Assembly: GCA_963675915.1 (NCBI GenBank)
Contig: OY780959.1
Location: forward strand, 1,740,001 to 1,772,000
Direction: 5' to 3'
Source of the DNA: Coprobacillaceae bacterium
Lineage (GTDB): Bacteria; Bacillota_I; Bacilli_A; Erysipelotrichales; Coprobacillaceae
DNA length: 32,000 nt
Under the pieces are notes generated by a model, which searched no databases, was not told where the DNA came from, and worked only from the letters and a program-made list of their open reading frames with translations. The stretch's first letter is position 1. Every line of letters starts with the position of its first letter. The position numbers and the translations under genes were made by a program. This document shows positions 1-10,694 of this stretch, piece by piece.

Positions 1-766
1 CCATGATGGCATAATCGATTGAAATCGATTCGCAGCCCGGATAAATGTCAAAAAGACGATCTTTGAAACCAGCTGATGATACTGATCCGATTTCACTTAA
101 TTTTTCATAGGTGTCTGCCATATGGAGTTGAGCCAATTTTTCAACATAATTGACATTCCACATGAAGATCCCGGCATTCCAGAAATAACCGCCTTCTTCA
201 AGATACTGTTTGGCTGTAGCCAAATCAGGCTTTTCCACGAAGCGTTCAACCTGTTTGATTGTATAACCGTTGACTTCACTCTGGTTGGCAGTCTGTTTGA
301 TGTAACCATATCCGGTTTCCGGACGGGTTGGTTCGATTCCGATTGTCACAACTGATTCTTCATTCTCATTCAAGAAAGCATCTCCGGCTTTCAAAACATT
401 GCAGAACTCTTCGACATCCTGAATCAGAGCATCAGAAGGTAAAACCACCAGATTCCCACCTGGGAACTTGGCATTGACTTGCATCGCCCCAAATACCACG
501 CATGGCGCCGTATTGCGGCCAACCGGTTCCACCAGGATGTTTTCTTCAGGCAAGTCCGGCAATTGTTCTTTGGTAAGATCAACATATTTGTCACCGGTTG
601 CGATGAAAATCTGTTCAATCGGCATTATTTTCAAAAGACGGTCAACCGTCATTTGGATCATTGTTTTTTCTCCAATCAGATTCAAAAACTGTTTTGGATG
701 TTCATCGGTAGACAAAGGAAAGAAACGAGTTCCTCTTCCACCGGCCATAATTAAAGCGCTTAACAT
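1..766 (-). CDS. manC: Mannose-1-phosphate guanylyltransferase (GDP-mannose pyrophosphorylase), N-terminal ~255 aa; 3' end lies beyond the window edge
   Basis: Not in the ORF track because no stop lies in the window. Hand translation of the minus strand from ATG 766-764 gives MLSALIMAGGRGTRFFPLSTDEHPKQF...LPSDALI...GYGYI...FVEKPD...GGYFWNAGIFMW...SIDYAIM with no stop down to nt 1. GGAGG RBS at 772-776. The nucleotidyltransferase G-loop (GGxGTR) and the SIDYAIM motif are typical of ManC/CpsB. Confidence 0.85.
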   Translation of the reverse strand, partial: MLSALIMAGGRGTRFFPLSTDEHPKQFLNLIGEKTMIQMTVDRLLKIMPIEQIFIATGDKYVDLTKEQLPDLPEENILVEPVGRNTAPCVVFGAMQVNAKFPGGNLVVLPSDALIQDVEEFCNVLKAGDAFLNENEESVVTIGIEPTRPETGYGYIKQTANQSEVNGYTIKQVERFVEKPDLATAKQYLEEGGYFWNAGIFMWNVNYVEKLAQLHMADTYEKLSEIGSVSSAGFKDRLFDIYPGCESISIDYAIM

Positions 767-797
767 AAAAGTCCTCCATTACTCAGTAATATGAATT

Positions 798-806
798 AGT
801 ATACCA
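798..806 (-). promoter_or_regulatory. Extended -10 element (TGgTATACT on the minus strand), candidate internal promoter for manC
   Basis: The minus strand reads tgtGGTATACTaat about 30 nt upstream of the manC ATG, inside a 226-bp gap after the epimerase gene. No good -35 is present. Confidence 0.35.
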
Positions 807-992
807 CAACAACAACAATAATAATATAAAGATAATCTAAATTCCCATCATTTCCCCCGCTTTCTTGTCATCAAAAAATGACCAGGGAAATAGGATTAAT
901 TTCTCGTCTAGATGCAAAAAGCTAATACCACAATGTACCAGCTCTTCATCTATCATCAAACATCTTGGGGCGTATTTTTTTCGGTAGACCCA

Positions 993-2018
993 TTATCTTT
1001 TTAAATCGATATCATAATATTTTTTGTACCAATCTACAAACTTCGCTACGCCTTCAGCGACAGTCACAGTTGGTTTGAACCCGATTGTTTTCTCCAAATC
1101 TAAAACATCGGCATAAGTTTTCAATACATCACCGGGCTGCATATCCATGAAGTTCATTTGGGCTTTGATTCCCAGGGATTTCTCAATTGCTTTGATGAAA
1201 TCCAACAACTGGACCGGATTATTGCTGCCGATATTGTAAATTTTGTATGGCGCAAAACTGGAACTTGATTCACCAGTGATATCGTTCCATTCAGGATTTG
1301 GCAACGGCGGTTTATCAATCAGACGGAATATTCCCTCGACAATATCATCGATATATGTGAAATCCCGCTCCATCTGACCGTGATTGAAAACTTTGATCGG
1401 CTTTCCGGCGGTGATGCTTTTGGCAAACAGAAAGTAGGCCATATCCGGTCGTCCCCAAGGGCCGTAAACCGTGAAAAATCTCAGTCCAGTAGTCGGAATG
1501 TCATAGAGATTGCTGTAGGCATGAGCCATGAGTTCATTGGATTTCTTGGTAGCCGCATAAAGACTCACCGGATGATCGACTTTGTCATTAGTCGAAAAAG
1601 GAACTTTGGTATTGCCACCATAAACCGAACTTGATGAAGCATACATCAGATGCTTGACCGGATGATTCCGGCAGGCTTCCAAGACATTCACAAAACCAAG
1701 CAGATTGGAATCAACATAGTCATATGGATTGGTGATACTGTGTCGGACTCCAGCCTGGGCGGCCAGATGAACCACAACATCAAAATTGTTTTTAGCAAAC
1801 ACTTCATCCAGACCAGTTCGGTCAGCGATGTCGATTTGATGGAATGTAAAACCGTCAAATTTGTCAAGAAGCGTCAATCGGTCCTCCTTTAGGACAGGAT
1901 CATAATAATCGTTCATATTATCAATCCCGACAACCTCAAAAGACCTTCCCAACAGTAACCGGCACAGATGAAAACCGATAAAACCGCTTGATCCGGTAAC
2001 CAGAATTTTAGTAGTCAT
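993..2018 (-). CDS. UDP-glucuronate 4-epimerase (NAD-dependent SDR epimerase, Cap1J/LpsL type)
   Basis: MTTKILVTGSSGFIGFHL (Rossmann GxxGxxG), YASSSSVYG, YAATKK (catalytic YxxxK) and RFFTVYGPWGRPDMA are hallmarks of the UDP-GlcA 4-epimerase subfamily. I moved the start from the track's TTG at 2048 to ATG 2018, the canonical N-terminus. Confidence 0.85.
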   Translation of the reverse strand: MTTKILVTGSSGFIGFHLCRLLLGRSFEVVGIDNMNDYYDPVLKEDRLTLLDKFDGFTFHQIDIADRTGLDEVFAKNNFDVVVHLAAQAGVRHSITNPYDYVDSNLLGFVNVLEACRNHPVKHLMYASSSSVYGGNTKVPFSTNDKVDHPVSLYAATKKSNELMAHAYSNLYDIPTTGLRFFTVYGPWGRPDMAYFLFAKSITAGKPIKVFNHGQMERDFTYIDDIVEGIFRLIDKPPLPNPEWNDITGESSSSFAPYKIYNIGSNNPVQLLDFIKAIEKSLGIKAQMNFMDMQPGDVLKTYADVLDLEKTIGFKPTVTVAEGVAKFVDWYKKYYDIDLKR

Positions 2019-2116
2019 AATTTTCCAACCGTATTCATGGTCTATCAAATGAAATGATAACCGAATACGCTCCTTTCCTTTGAATTCGTTACTGTTTTTA
2101 CCGTTTGGATGACAAT

Positions 2117-3100
2117 CTATTTATGCGACATCACCTGGACAAACGGATTTCTATGAACATTGGATCCCAAGGTAGTGATTCCTTTTGGTTCAGCACCATT
2201 TCTAACCAAAACTATCGGTAGATAAAGCTGATCGCGCTTGACCTTACCGTGATAGAATTCATGCCACCAGTCATCCATGATTTTGATCACACTTTCCAGA
2301 TTATGTCTTCTTGCCAAAACATTGCATTCGAACAAGCCATATTCGCGAGGCATCGCCGCTTCTTCAAGATACTCCAAATAGGGCTTGACTTCTTTTTTGG
2401 AAATCTTGCCGATAACACTGGCAGCCTTCACTTCCTCATAAACACAATTGCGGTCACAGTGGGAGTGGAGCGCAATCCCAACTTTACCGATTTTGTTGAC
2501 TAGAGCAGTGAAATCACCGACAGCCTGAACATTGGCATCAATGTAAACCGAATATTTGTAATCAGGAAACAGCAGATGCGGCATCATTTTGAAAAAGCGG
2601 TTTTTTTCAACATTTGAATAACCACTGACCAAATGATCAAAATCATCAATATCATATTTGCACCAAACCCCACCTGGTTGAACATCCTGGTCGGTGATCA
2701 GATAAAAATCACAGTTATCCGGAACAAAGAGTGGTTCCTGCACCGAATCATAGTTCCCGAAAAGGACCGTATATACCGCAATCCTCTCATCTGAGAAATA
2801 ATCATTCACTTGGTTTTTGATATCAATCTTTGCTCTTGGATGACTGGCTGGTAATTTGGTTATTTTCAGACGAATCAAAAAATATTTGATGATATAAATG
2901 AATTCCTTATAAAACCCCTGAAAATCCTTTTTTTTCAGAGGACCTGCCATCCGGCCCATCCGTTCCCCAAGCAACTTAACTACCGATTTTTTAGCCTGAG
3001 ATTTATTATTCGCTTCAATCAGTTCCTGATTGACCTTGAGAATCGCATCAAGGGTTTGGGTCAATTTGGCTTTACAACTGCCGTCACTGACATCATACAT
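2117..3100 (-). CDS. DUF616-type (TOD1/MUCI70-like) putative glycosyltransferase of polysaccharide loci
   Basis: The core YTVLFGNYD...DFYLITD...KNRFFKMMPHLLFPDYKYSVYIDANV...RDQLYLP matches my recollection of the DUF616 signature. The ATG at 3100 follows GGAGGTG with a 6-nt spacer. The track start at 3115 lies inside that RBS. Confidence 0.7.
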   Translation of the reverse strand: MYDVSDGSCKAKLTQTLDAILKVNQELIEANNKSQAKKSVVKLLGERMGRMAGPLKKKDFQGFYKEFIYIIKYFLIRLKITKLPASHPRAKIDIKNQVNDYFSDERIAVYTVLFGNYDSVQEPLFVPDNCDFYLITDQDVQPGGVWCKYDIDDFDHLVSGYSNVEKNRFFKMMPHLLFPDYKYSVYIDANVQAVGDFTALVNKIGKVGIALHSHCDRNCVYEEVKAASVIGKISKKEVKPYLEYLEEAAMPREYGLFECNVLARRHNLESVIKIMDDWWHEFYHGKVKRDQLYLPIVLVRNGAEPKGITTLGSNVHRNPFVQVMSHK

Positions 3101-3197
3101 CTCTCTCACCTCCATGTTACCTAGATCATTTGTAAAAACTCACAAATGTTCTTTCATCACTACAACAATAATTTGGTATTCACCATGACTGTCCTGT

Positions 3198-4277
3198 TCA
3201 ATACTCATGTTTTTCCAAAAGGATCAGCCATGCTTTTATCAATTCTTCCGGGGCATATTCTCGAGACTGTTTCAGAGCATTTTGATGGAGTTGCAGGTAT
3301 TCTGCCGACTCCATCTCCAGACTTCTAGAAATCGCCGCCTCAAAATTCGCAAACTCCTTTTGATAATTATCATCCAGTTCAAAACTCAAGCCAGTGCTTT
3401 CATCAATGATTTCACTGGGCCCGACAGCGTTGGAAACAATACAGGGCACCCCGGCAGCCAATGCTTCAAGCAAGACAATTCCATAAGGCTCCTGTTTGGA
3501 TGGTAAAACCAGAAAATCGTAATTGGCCAAAGTCGCTTTGATTTGCGACTTGGTCAATTTTCCCAGATATTTCACCCGCTTGTCTTCCCGGGCCAGATTA
3601 ACCAGTTCCGCTCGATAATGACCATAACCCGCAAAAGAAAATTCGAAAGATGCCCTGCTTTTTTTGATCCAGTCAATCAACAGGGGAATATTTTTCCGAT
3701 CATTGAACACCCCCATGAATATATACTTTTTGGTCTTTCCAATCTGATCAGGGTGGCGCTTGTAACTTTTCACGTCGATTGAGTGTCTGACTACCGAGGT
3801 GTTCGCAACAATCTTGCCAATACCATCTTGCGTTCTTTCACTGACACAAAAAGCTCCTAGAAAATTATCGGTTAGAATCGCTTCGAAATTTTGTCGGTTG
3901 TTGAGTTTCCCTTTGGCGAATTTATCAGTCCCCCAATAATCCCACGAAGTGAAATAAAAAGATTTGTTTCTTTTAAAAAGTTTGGCGTAGCGGTTCATCA
4001 GGTTGTTGTATGGAGCAATTCCGACTATCAGAACTTTTCCCTTCAGGAAGTGGACGGTAAAGTGCCGATACTCATGTCTGAGAAAATAGATGATTGCCTG
4101 AATTATTTTACGCTCGCGAATAATCATCCGCAACACATCCATAACAATGGATTTATGTGACAATATAATCGAACTGCGGACCCGGTATCCGTACTTCTCA
4201 CATTCATCAATCAATGCTTTGAAATGGGAATCAGCCCCGTATTCATGCAAAATATAAATATCTTTCAACAGTTCCAC
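3198..4277 (-). CDS. Glycosyltransferase, GT-B fold, family 4 (group 1)
   Basis: C-terminal EPYGIVLLEALAAGVPCIVSNAVGPSEIIDE is the EX7E-type motif of GT4 enzymes. The start is uncertain: GTG at 4277, or TTG at 4268 preceded by GAGGTG. Confidence 0.8.
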   Translation of the reverse strand: MELLKDIYILHEYGADSHFKALIDECEKYGYRVRSSIILSHKSIVMDVLRMIIRERKIIQAIIYFLRHEYRHFTVHFLKGKVLIVGIAPYNNLMNRYAKLFKRNKSFYFTSWDYWGTDKFAKGKLNNRQNFEAILTDNFLGAFCVSERTQDGIGKIVANTSVVRHSIDVKSYKRHPDQIGKTKKYIFMGVFNDRKNIPLLIDWIKKSRASFEFSFAGYGHYRAELVNLAREDKRVKYLGKLTKSQIKATLANYDFLVLPSKQEPYGIVLLEALAAGVPCIVSNAVGPSEIIDESTGLSFELDDNYQKEFANFEAAISRSLEMESAEYLQLHQNALKQSREYAPEELIKAWLILLEKHEY

Positions 4278-4330
4278 CTCTACTCTATCGACATTCGTCT
4301 AGTTAGATCATAATTGGGTTAACCGGATTA

Positions 4331-5182
4331 TCAGCCGAAATTATCAATTTCAACCAAATAACGGCTCAACGCATCCTGCCATTCTGGGAGTCGGGAAAAT
4401 CCGTTTTCAACAAGTAGCGACTTATCCATGCGACTGTTGTAAGGACGCTTAGCCTTGGTCAAAAATGCATCTGAGGTGACCGGGTTCACTTTCACGTCAA
4501 TATTTGCCTGTTTGAATATTTCACAGGCGAATTCATACCATGAGGTTTCCCCTTCATTAGATGCATGGTATGTCCCATAGCGGTCGCTTTGAATCATTTC
4601 GACAACCAATTTTGCAAGATCATATGTATAAGTAGGCGAGCCGACCTGGTCAAAAACAACATTCAATTCTTTGCGTTCTTGACCAAGTTTGAGCATTGTC
4701 TTGACAAAGTTGCTGCCATTGATCCCAAATACCCAGGATATCCTGATTATAAAATATTTTTCAATCAAGTTTCTGATTGCCTCTTCTCCCAAGTATTTGC
4801 TTTGACCATAAACATTCAGCGGCGCCGGCTTGTCGGTTGGCTGCCAAGGTCTTATCCCTTGGCCGTCGAAGACATAATCAGTCGAAAAATACATCAACTT
4901 GATATCAAGATCCAGGCAGACCGTGGCGATATTTCTCGTTCCTTCGACATTTACCTCATTACAGGCATCAATATCATCTTCAGCCCGATCGACAGCAGTG
5001 TAGGCACTGCAGTGGATTACAGCATCGACTTTGGAATCGGATATCACTTTTCTCACCTGGATTCCATCAGTTATATCCATTTCCTCGAGATCAACTCCGA
5101 TTGCTTCAATCCCCTCTTCATGGCAGACTTTTACAATATCATGACCTAATTGCCCTTTTACTCCAGTTACCAATACCTTCAT
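4331..5182 (-). CDS. rfbD: dTDP-4-dehydrorhamnose reductase
   Basis: MKVLVTGVKGQLG..., STDYVFDG and YGQSK are RmlD signatures. AAGGGAGA RBS. Lies immediately downstream of rfbB. Confidence 0.9.
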   Translation of the reverse strand: MKVLVTGVKGQLGHDIVKVCHEEGIEAIGVDLEEMDITDGIQVRKVISDSKVDAVIHCSAYTAVDRAEDDIDACNEVNVEGTRNIATVCLDLDIKLMYFSTDYVFDGQGIRPWQPTDKPAPLNVYGQSKYLGEEAIRNLIEKYFIIRISWVFGINGSNFVKTMLKLGQERKELNVVFDQVGSPTYTYDLAKLVVEMIQSDRYGTYHASNEGETSWYEFACEIFKQANIDVKVNPVTSDAFLTKAKRPYNSRMDKSLLVENGFSRLPEWQDALSRYLVEIDNFG

Positions 5183-5193
5183 AGCTGTCTCCC

Positions 5194-6216
5194 TTAAATC
5201 TTTTTTGAATACATGTTTTTGAAATAGTTCTGATATTCACCCGAAATGATATGACCCCACCAGTCCTTGTTGTCAAGGTACCATTGGATTGTCTGTTTGA
5301 TTCCGGTGTCAAAATTATATTTTGGTTTCCATCCCAATTCAGTCTCCAACTTGGTCGGATCAATGGCATAGCGTCGGTCGTGACCTTTACGGTCTTCGAC
5401 AAATCGTATCAGACTATCCGGTTTATCAAGCTGTCCCAGAATAGTCTTTACCACCTCGAGGTTGGTCCGTTCGTTATGACCACCTACATTATAAACTTCT
5501 CCGACCCGGCCTTTTTTAATAATCAAATCTATGGCCACGCAATGATCATATACATGAAGCCAATCTCTGACATTGTCACCTTTTCCATAAACCGGCAACG
5601 TCTCATTATCCAGCGCCCGAGATATCATTAGCGGAATCAACTTCTCTGGAAAGTGGTATGGTCCGTAATTGTTCGAACATCTCGATATTGTCACCGGCAA
5701 ACCGTATGTCCGATAATAAGCCAGGACAAATAGATCGGCACTTGCCTTCGAACTGGAATAAGGACTTGAAGTATGCAAAGGAGTCGACTCAGTGAAAAAA
5801 AGGTCCGGGCGATCAAGTGGCAGATCGCCATAGACTTCATCAGTGGATACCTGATGGTATCTTTGAATCCCGAATTTATTGCATGCGTCCAGTAGGGTCG
5901 TCGTTCCCATGACGTTGGTTTTCACAAATATTTCCGGATCTTCAATCGAGCGGTCAACATGGGACTCGGCTGCAAAATTGACCACCATGTCGAATTTTTC
6001 TTTTTCAAAGAGATCGAAGATAAATTTCCGATCAGCGATATCCCCTTTGACAAATTTGTAGTTGGGCCTGTCTTCCACACTCTTGCAAGTTTCCAGATTT
6101 CCGGCATAGGTGAGCAAATCCAGATTGACAATCATATCACCAGGATATTTGTCGACCATATAATGAACAAAATTGCCCCCGATAAATCCGGCACCGCCGG
6201 TAACTAATATTTTCAT
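5194..6216 (-). CDS. rfbB: dTDP-glucose 4,6-dehydratase
   Basis: MKILVTGGAGFIGGNFV, HFAAESHVDRS-like (NFAAESHVDRS), STDEVYG and YSSSKA are the canonical RmlB motifs. Confidence 0.92.
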   Translation of the reverse strand: MKILVTGGAGFIGGNFVHYMVDKYPGDMIVNLDLLTYAGNLETCKSVEDRPNYKFVKGDIADRKFIFDLFEKEKFDMVVNFAAESHVDRSIEDPEIFVKTNVMGTTTLLDACNKFGIQRYHQVSTDEVYGDLPLDRPDLFFTESTPLHTSSPYSSSKASADLFVLAYYRTYGLPVTISRCSNNYGPYHFPEKLIPLMISRALDNETLPVYGKGDNVRDWLHVYDHCVAIDLIIKKGRVGEVYNVGGHNERTNLEVVKTILGQLDKPDSLIRFVEDRKGHDRRYAIDPTKLETELGWKPKYNFDTGIKQTIQWYLDNKDWWGHIISGEYQNYFKNMYSKKI

Positions 6217-6236
6217 AAATTTCTCCTTACCAAATT

Positions 6237-7403
6237 TTAATCACAGGTATATAAATCTCGCGTATATACTTTATCTTCAATATCTTTCAGGTCATCATGC
6301 ATCCTGTTGGTAATAACGACATCACAAATCCGTTTGAATTCATCAAGATCGTTGATAACTCGCGAATTATAGAATCTTTCCTCTTTGAGTGTCGGTTCAT
6401 ACACTACCACTTCGATACCCTTGCCTTTGATCCGTTTCATTATCCCTTGGATGGCTGATTTTCGGAAATTATCAGAACCGGTTTTCATCGTCAGCCGATA
6501 AACACCGACAATTTCGGGGTTTTTATTGATAATCATCTGGGCAATGTGGTCCTTGCGGGTCCGATTCGAGTCAACTATGGCTTTGATCATATTTTGGGGA
6601 ACATCGCTATAGTTGGCCAAAAGTTGCTTGGTATCCTTAGGCAGACAGTATCCGCCATATCCAAAAGAAGGATTGTTGTAATGAGTTCCGATTCTTGGAT
6701 CCATCCCGATCCCTTCAATTATTTGTTTGGTGTTTAATCCTCTTACCTCGGCATATGTATCCAATTCATTGAAATAAGATACCCTCATGGCCAGATAAGT
6801 ATTGGCGAACAATTTGATTGCTTCGGCCTCGGTACTGTTCGTGAACAAGACGTCCACCTCATCTTTCACAGCCCCTTCTTTAAGCAAATCCGCAAACTTC
6901 GTTGCCCGTTCGCTGATTTCTCCCACTACAATCCTTGAAGGATATAAGTTGTCATATAATGCTTTGCCTTCTCGCAGGAATTCAGGAGAAAAAATGATGT
7001 TGTCAATTCCGTATTTCGCCTTCATATCATTCACAAATCCGACCGGTACAGTTGATTTGACCACCATCGTGCAATCCTGATTGGAGTCAATGACTGTCTC
7101 GATGACATCTTCGACCGATGAGGTATCAAAGAAATTCAATTCATCATCATAATTGGTCGGCGTCGAGATGATTACATAATCCGCCCCCTCAAGAGCTTCC
7201 TGCTTATCAAGAGTCGCTTTAAGATTCAAATTCCGGTTTTCCAAAAATTTCTCGATTTCATCATCTTTGATCGGTGATATCCGGTTGTTGATCATCTTCA
7301 CTTTTTCTTCGATGATATCAACAGCAACCACCTCATTGTGTTGGGCCAGCAATACCGCTATCGACAGGCCTACATATCCGGTCCCAAATACTGCAATTTT
7401 CAT
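6237..7403 (-). CDS. ugd: UDP-glucose 6-dehydrogenase
   Basis: [14 protein letters not shown] (NAD-binding loop), [11 protein letters not shown] (catalytic Cys) and FNELD. The start was moved to ATG 7403, which is preceded by GGAGG. The track start at 7469 adds 22 non-conserved residues. Confidence 0.9.
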   Translation of the reverse strand: MKIAVFGTGYVGLSIAVLLAQHNEVVAVDIIEEKVKMINNRISPIKDDEIEKFLENRNLNLKATLDKQEALEGADYVIISTPTNYDDELNFFDTSSVEDVIETVIDSNQDCTMVVKSTVPVGFVNDMKAKYGIDNIIFSPEFLREGKALYDNLYPSRIVVGEISERATKFADLLKEGAVKDEVDVLFTNSTEAEAIKLFANTYLAMRVSYFNELDTYAEVRGLNTKQIIEGIGMDPRIGTHYNNPSFGYGGYCLPKDTKQLLANYSDVPQNMIKAIVDSNRTRKDHIAQMIINKNPEIVGVYRLTMKTGSDNFRKSAIQGIMKRIKGKGIEVVVYEPTLKEERFYNSRVINDLDEFKRICDVVITNRMHDDLKDIEDKVYTRDLYTCD

Positions 7404-7490
7404 ACCATTTCCTCCAATATCAATGTATACTTCCATATTTTTTACTCGTTTGGTAATTATACCACTCAACTCGCTCTATTGCAAAATTCA

Positions 7491-8987
7491 CTAGTGGCGC
7501 AAGCGCTTGAGCCGCGAATACATCATCGTGATCTTTTCCCGGTAGAATATCGTATTGATTGCAAAGCTGACGCCAAACATCACCAATGATACTTTGATTG
7601 CCAGGATGATCCAGTCAAGATAGCTGATCGCGGTCATTTCAAACAATCCTGCAATCAGTGCGCATATCGCAATGGTCAGGATATCAATAACCACCTGTTT
7701 GATGAAATTTTTGAACGGCCATTGAATCAGATTTTTCGAATTGTATAAGGCCATCCAAATCGTCTGATAAGTCATCGCAATCAAGGTTCCGATTGCGACA
7801 CCAATCAGGCCTAAATACGATACCGTGATTACTGAGACAACAATATTCAAAACAGCGGCAATAATATAATTGCTTTGGGTTTGTTTATAATGCCCTCCGG
7901 CTAGAATCATGATGTGATAAGGCAATCTGAGACAATGCCCCGAATGCGCCAGAGTCAAAACCGCCGCAAACAACGGTTGAATGTAATTGGCGTCATTTAT
8001 TCCCTGGGTATATACCGCCACAAACGGCAAGATCAAAACTCCGACACAACCAAAGACGAAGGTTGTTCCGGTATGAATCGTCCATTCAACCCAACCGAAT
8101 ATCTGGTGCAACTCGTCAATTTCCTGCTTGGCCCACAGTTCCCCAATCAATGAACGGACTCCGCTGGACATCGCCAGAAAAAGCTGCTTGACCCCGGAAA
8201 TGACCAGATTGAAAACCGAATAGATCGAGACATCGGAAAGGGTTGCAAAAACAGTCAGGACAATCGGATCGGTTGTTCCTAAAATCACATCGGCCACGTG
8301 CTGAGATACCCCATTCCATTTTTGGCTGATTGGCTCATGTTCATAGCTGACTTTCCGGTCAATTGAGTAATTTCTTCTGACATAGATAATCATAAACGCC
8401 GGGCGCAAAAGGAAAAACAATGATGTCACCAACTTCACAAGATGAATTGAGTAGCCAGTGGCAATCAATATGGCACAGGCAGCTGTATTCAAAATCAGAG
8501 TGACAGTTTTCACAGTGTATTGAATATAACCGCGCTGATCCGCAGAAAGCAGCAGGCGATCAACTATCCCAAAATAATATTCCGCGAATGAGCTGATGCT
8601 CATGGCTCCAATCAAGGTAGCTGTATAAACCCATCCAAAATCCTGGTTGGATATGTACGGATAAATAAAAACAAGCACAATCACATAAACAAAAAGGATC
8701 AGACCCAATTTTCTGAAAAACTTATGGGCCGAGGCGATTATTTCACTAATTCCCTGCGTATCCTTATTTGCCAGTGGCTTGTATAAAGCCGACTGGATCA
8801 CCGATCCCATCCCCAGTTCCAAAAATGCAATAATAGCCAGAAATTGGGTAATCGAGTTTACCAGACCATTGACTTCCGAACCATAACTTTGGAGAATCAA
8901 TCGCGGCAGAATGAATCCACTTATTATCAGACAAATCTGGTATGTGAATGATGAAATTGTATTTCGAATTAAAAGAATTTTTCTCAT
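7491..8987 (-). CDS. wzx: Oligosaccharide flippase (Wzx-like, MOP/polysaccharide biosynthesis protein family)
   Basis: About 498 aa and highly hydrophobic, with multiple predicted TM segments throughout and an MRKILLIRNTISSF... N-terminus typical of Wzx/PST proteins. AGGAAGG RBS before ATG 8987. The track start at 9116 adds a non-hydrophobic 43-aa extension. Confidence 0.75.
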   Translation of the reverse strand: MRKILLIRNTISSFTYQICLIISGFILPRLILQSYGSEVNGLVNSITQFLAIIAFLELGMGSVIQSALYKPLANKDTQGISEIIASAHKFFRKLGLILFVYVIVLVFIYPYISNQDFGWVYTATLIGAMSISSFAEYYFGIVDRLLLSADQRGYIQYTVKTVTLILNTAACAILIATGYSIHLVKLVTSLFFLLRPAFMIIYVRRNYSIDRKVSYEHEPISQKWNGVSQHVADVILGTTDPIVLTVFATLSDVSIYSVFNLVISGVKQLFLAMSSGVRSLIGELWAKQEIDELHQIFGWVEWTIHTGTTFVFGCVGVLILPFVAVYTQGINDANYIQPLFAAVLTLAHSGHCLRLPYHIMILAGGHYKQTQSNYIIAAVLNIVVSVITVSYLGLIGVAIGTLIAMTYQTIWMALYNSKNLIQWPFKNFIKQVVIDILTIAICALIAGLFEMTAISYLDWIILAIKVSLVMFGVSFAINTIFYREKITMMYSRLKRLRH

Positions 8988-9233
8988 GATTAACCTTCCT
9001 AAAAATGTCCGATCACCAAAAGGATATCTGGTGATGGCCCCAGTCCGGGCCCCCTTGGAAAATATCGGGGGATTTCCACTGAAAAGAATAATAGTTTGTA
9101 TTTCTGCTTTTTGCAATCATTTATTTGATTTGTAATTGAAAAGTTTAGTTTATTTGCTTTGGTTTACCATCCCAACAGCGTCCAGTCTTCTTTAAGATTC
9201 CCATAACGGGACAGTTTCATAGCGCCTTCGCTG

Positions 9234-9806
9234 TCATTTATCTTCATATTGGAAATTACAGTCGGATTCTAAAAGCGTTGGTCCATTCATGTCCTTTTGC
9301 GAAAGAATCGGCTCAATACCGTCCAGCAGCATGCCCCAGTCAACATTGATATCAGGATCATTGTATCGAATCCCCCGGTCATGTTCTTTTGAATATAAAT
9401 TATCAACTTTATACCTGAATTCCACATTTTCGCTAAGCGTCAAAAAACCATGGGCAAAACCGCGGGGAATATAGAAGAACCTTTTGTTCTCTTCTGACAA
9501 TTCAACCGCTACCCATTGCTTATAAGTCGGTGACCCTTTGCGGATATCGACCGCGACATCAATCACTTTCCCCCGGGTGCACGATACCAGCTTGGCTTGG
9601 GCCATCGGTTCATTTTGAAAATGCAACCCCCTCAATGTCCCCTTGGCGGCACTAAAAGACATGTTATCTTGAACAAAATCATTGGTTATGCCGATTTGGG
9701 CATATTTGGCTTTATTATATGTTTCCATAAAATAACCACGATGGTCACCATGAACATCAGGTTCGATGATCACCACTCCGGGGATTTTGGTTTCTATTTT
9801 CTTCAT
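9234..9806 (-). CDS. rfbC: dTDP-4-dehydrorhamnose 3,5-epimerase
   Basis: DHRGYFMETY, RGLHFQ, VAVDIRKGSPTY and PRGFAHGF are RmlC cupin signatures. ATG 9806 sits 6 nt after an AGGAG that overlaps the rfbA stop. Confidence 0.92.
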   Translation of the reverse strand: MKKIETKIPGVVIIEPDVHGDHRGYFMETYNKAKYAQIGITNDFVQDNMSFSAAKGTLRGLHFQNEPMAQAKLVSCTRGKVIDVAVDIRKGSPTYKQWVAVELSEENKRFFYIPRGFAHGFLTLSENVEFRYKVDNLYSKEHDRGIRYNDPDINVDWGMLLDGIEPILSQKDMNGPTLLESDCNFQYEDK

Positions 9807-9815
9807 CACTAGCTC

Positions 9816-10694
9816 CTATACAATATATTTACCATCAAGAACATCTTGAAGGTAAGCTCCATACTGATTCTTTTTGTAAAGTTCGATCGCTTGGCGGACT
9901 TTTTCTTCGTCAATCCAACCATTCGAATAGGCGATTTCCTCCAAACAAGCTATCTTACGGTTTTGATGCTTCTCGACGGTATAAACAAAATTAGTGGCCT
10001 CCACCAGTGAGTCGTGGGTCCCGGTATCCAACCAAGTGAACCCTCTTCCCAAAAGTTCAACATCAAGCGTCCCTTTTTCAAGATAAATCTTGTTTAAGTC
10101 GGTGATCTCCAACTCTCCTCGAGGTGACGGCTTGATGCTTTTGGCATATTCGACCACATTCTCGTCATAGAAGTACAATCCGGTTACCGCATAGTTTGAT
10201 TTTGGTTCCAGCGGTTTTTCCTCCAACGATACTGCCACTTTGTTTTGATCGAATTCAACCACCCCGAATCTTTCAGGGTCTTCGACATAATAGCCAAAAA
10301 TAGTGGCACGACCTTTTTTATTGGCAGTAAGTTGCAATCTTTTAGTCATTCCTTGGCCATTGAAAATATTGTCACCTAAGATCATGGCACATGCTTCTCC
10401 GGCTATGAATTCCTCTCCGATAATAAATGCCTGAGCCAGTCCATCCGGACTAGGTTGGACCTTATAGGACAATTCAATCCCAAACTGGGCTCCATCACCC
10501 AACAGTTCTTGGAAACGGGGGGTGTCGTCGGGTGTGGATATTATTAATATCTCCCGGATCCCTGCCTGCATCAGAATGCTTAGCGGATAATAAATCATCG
10601 GTTTGTCGAAAACCGGCAATAACTGCTTACTTGTAACCTGGGTCAGCGGATACAATCTGGTTCCACTCCCCCCTGCCAACACAATTCCTTTCAT
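9816..10694 (-). CDS. rfbA: Glucose-1-phosphate thymidylyltransferase
   Basis: [35 protein letters not shown] and WLDTGT are RmlA motifs. ATG 10694 is preceded by GGAGGG. The track's TTG at 10706 lies inside the RBS. Confidence 0.92.
   Translation of the reverse strand: MKGIVLAGGSGTRLYPLTQVTSKQLLPVFDKPMIYYPLSILMQAGIREILIISTPDDTPRFQELLGDGAQFGIELSYKVQPSPDGLAQAFIIGEEFIAGEACAMILGDNIFNGQGMTKRLQLTANKKGRATIFGYYVEDPERFGVVEFDQNKVAVSLEEKPLEPKSNYAVTGLYFYDENVVEYAKSIKPSPRGELEITDLNKIYLEKGTLDVELLGRGFTWLDTGTHDSLVEATNFVYTVEKHQNRKIACLEEIAYSNGWIDEEKVRQAIELYKKNQYGAYLQDVLDGKYIV

Noticed and set aside
330-340. GGTTCGATTCC, the canonical tRNA T-loop motif, on the plus strand.
   Set aside because: The flanking bases (gttgg / ccgat) cannot form a T-stem and no acceptor or anticodon arms are present. 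The motif lies inside the open manC reading frame.
2019-2048. N-terminal extensions in the ORF track: 2048, 3115, 7469, 9116, 9809, 10706, 19086, 20426, 23683, 26284 and 30205.
   Set aside because: In each case the extension starts at a TTG/GTG or an ATG lying inside the RBS or the -10 box of the true start. It also adds residues absent from the conserved family N-terminus. A downstream ATG with a properly spaced GGAGG-type SD was preferred.
4565-5149. 194-aa plus-strand ORF antisense to rfbD. Similar long antisense ORFs occur at 27056-27673 (+, 205 aa, antisense to ade), 12050-12598 (-, 182 aa, antisense to esterase 1), 27917-28360 (+), 28396-28812 (+), 28602-29000 (+) and 5251-5631 (+).
   Set aside because: Each lies entirely opposite a gene with strong family motifs. 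None has an RBS, and the translations are low-complexity with no recognisable motif. This is typical of shadow ORFs.
9164-9220. 18-codon minus-strand ORF (MKLSRYGNLKEDWTLLGW) in the 117-bp gap between rfbC and wzx. It might be a relic of a lost gene.
   Set aside because: It has no RBS and no recognisable motif. It is too short to distinguish from chance. I kept it only as a note that this gap is unusually long for the operon.
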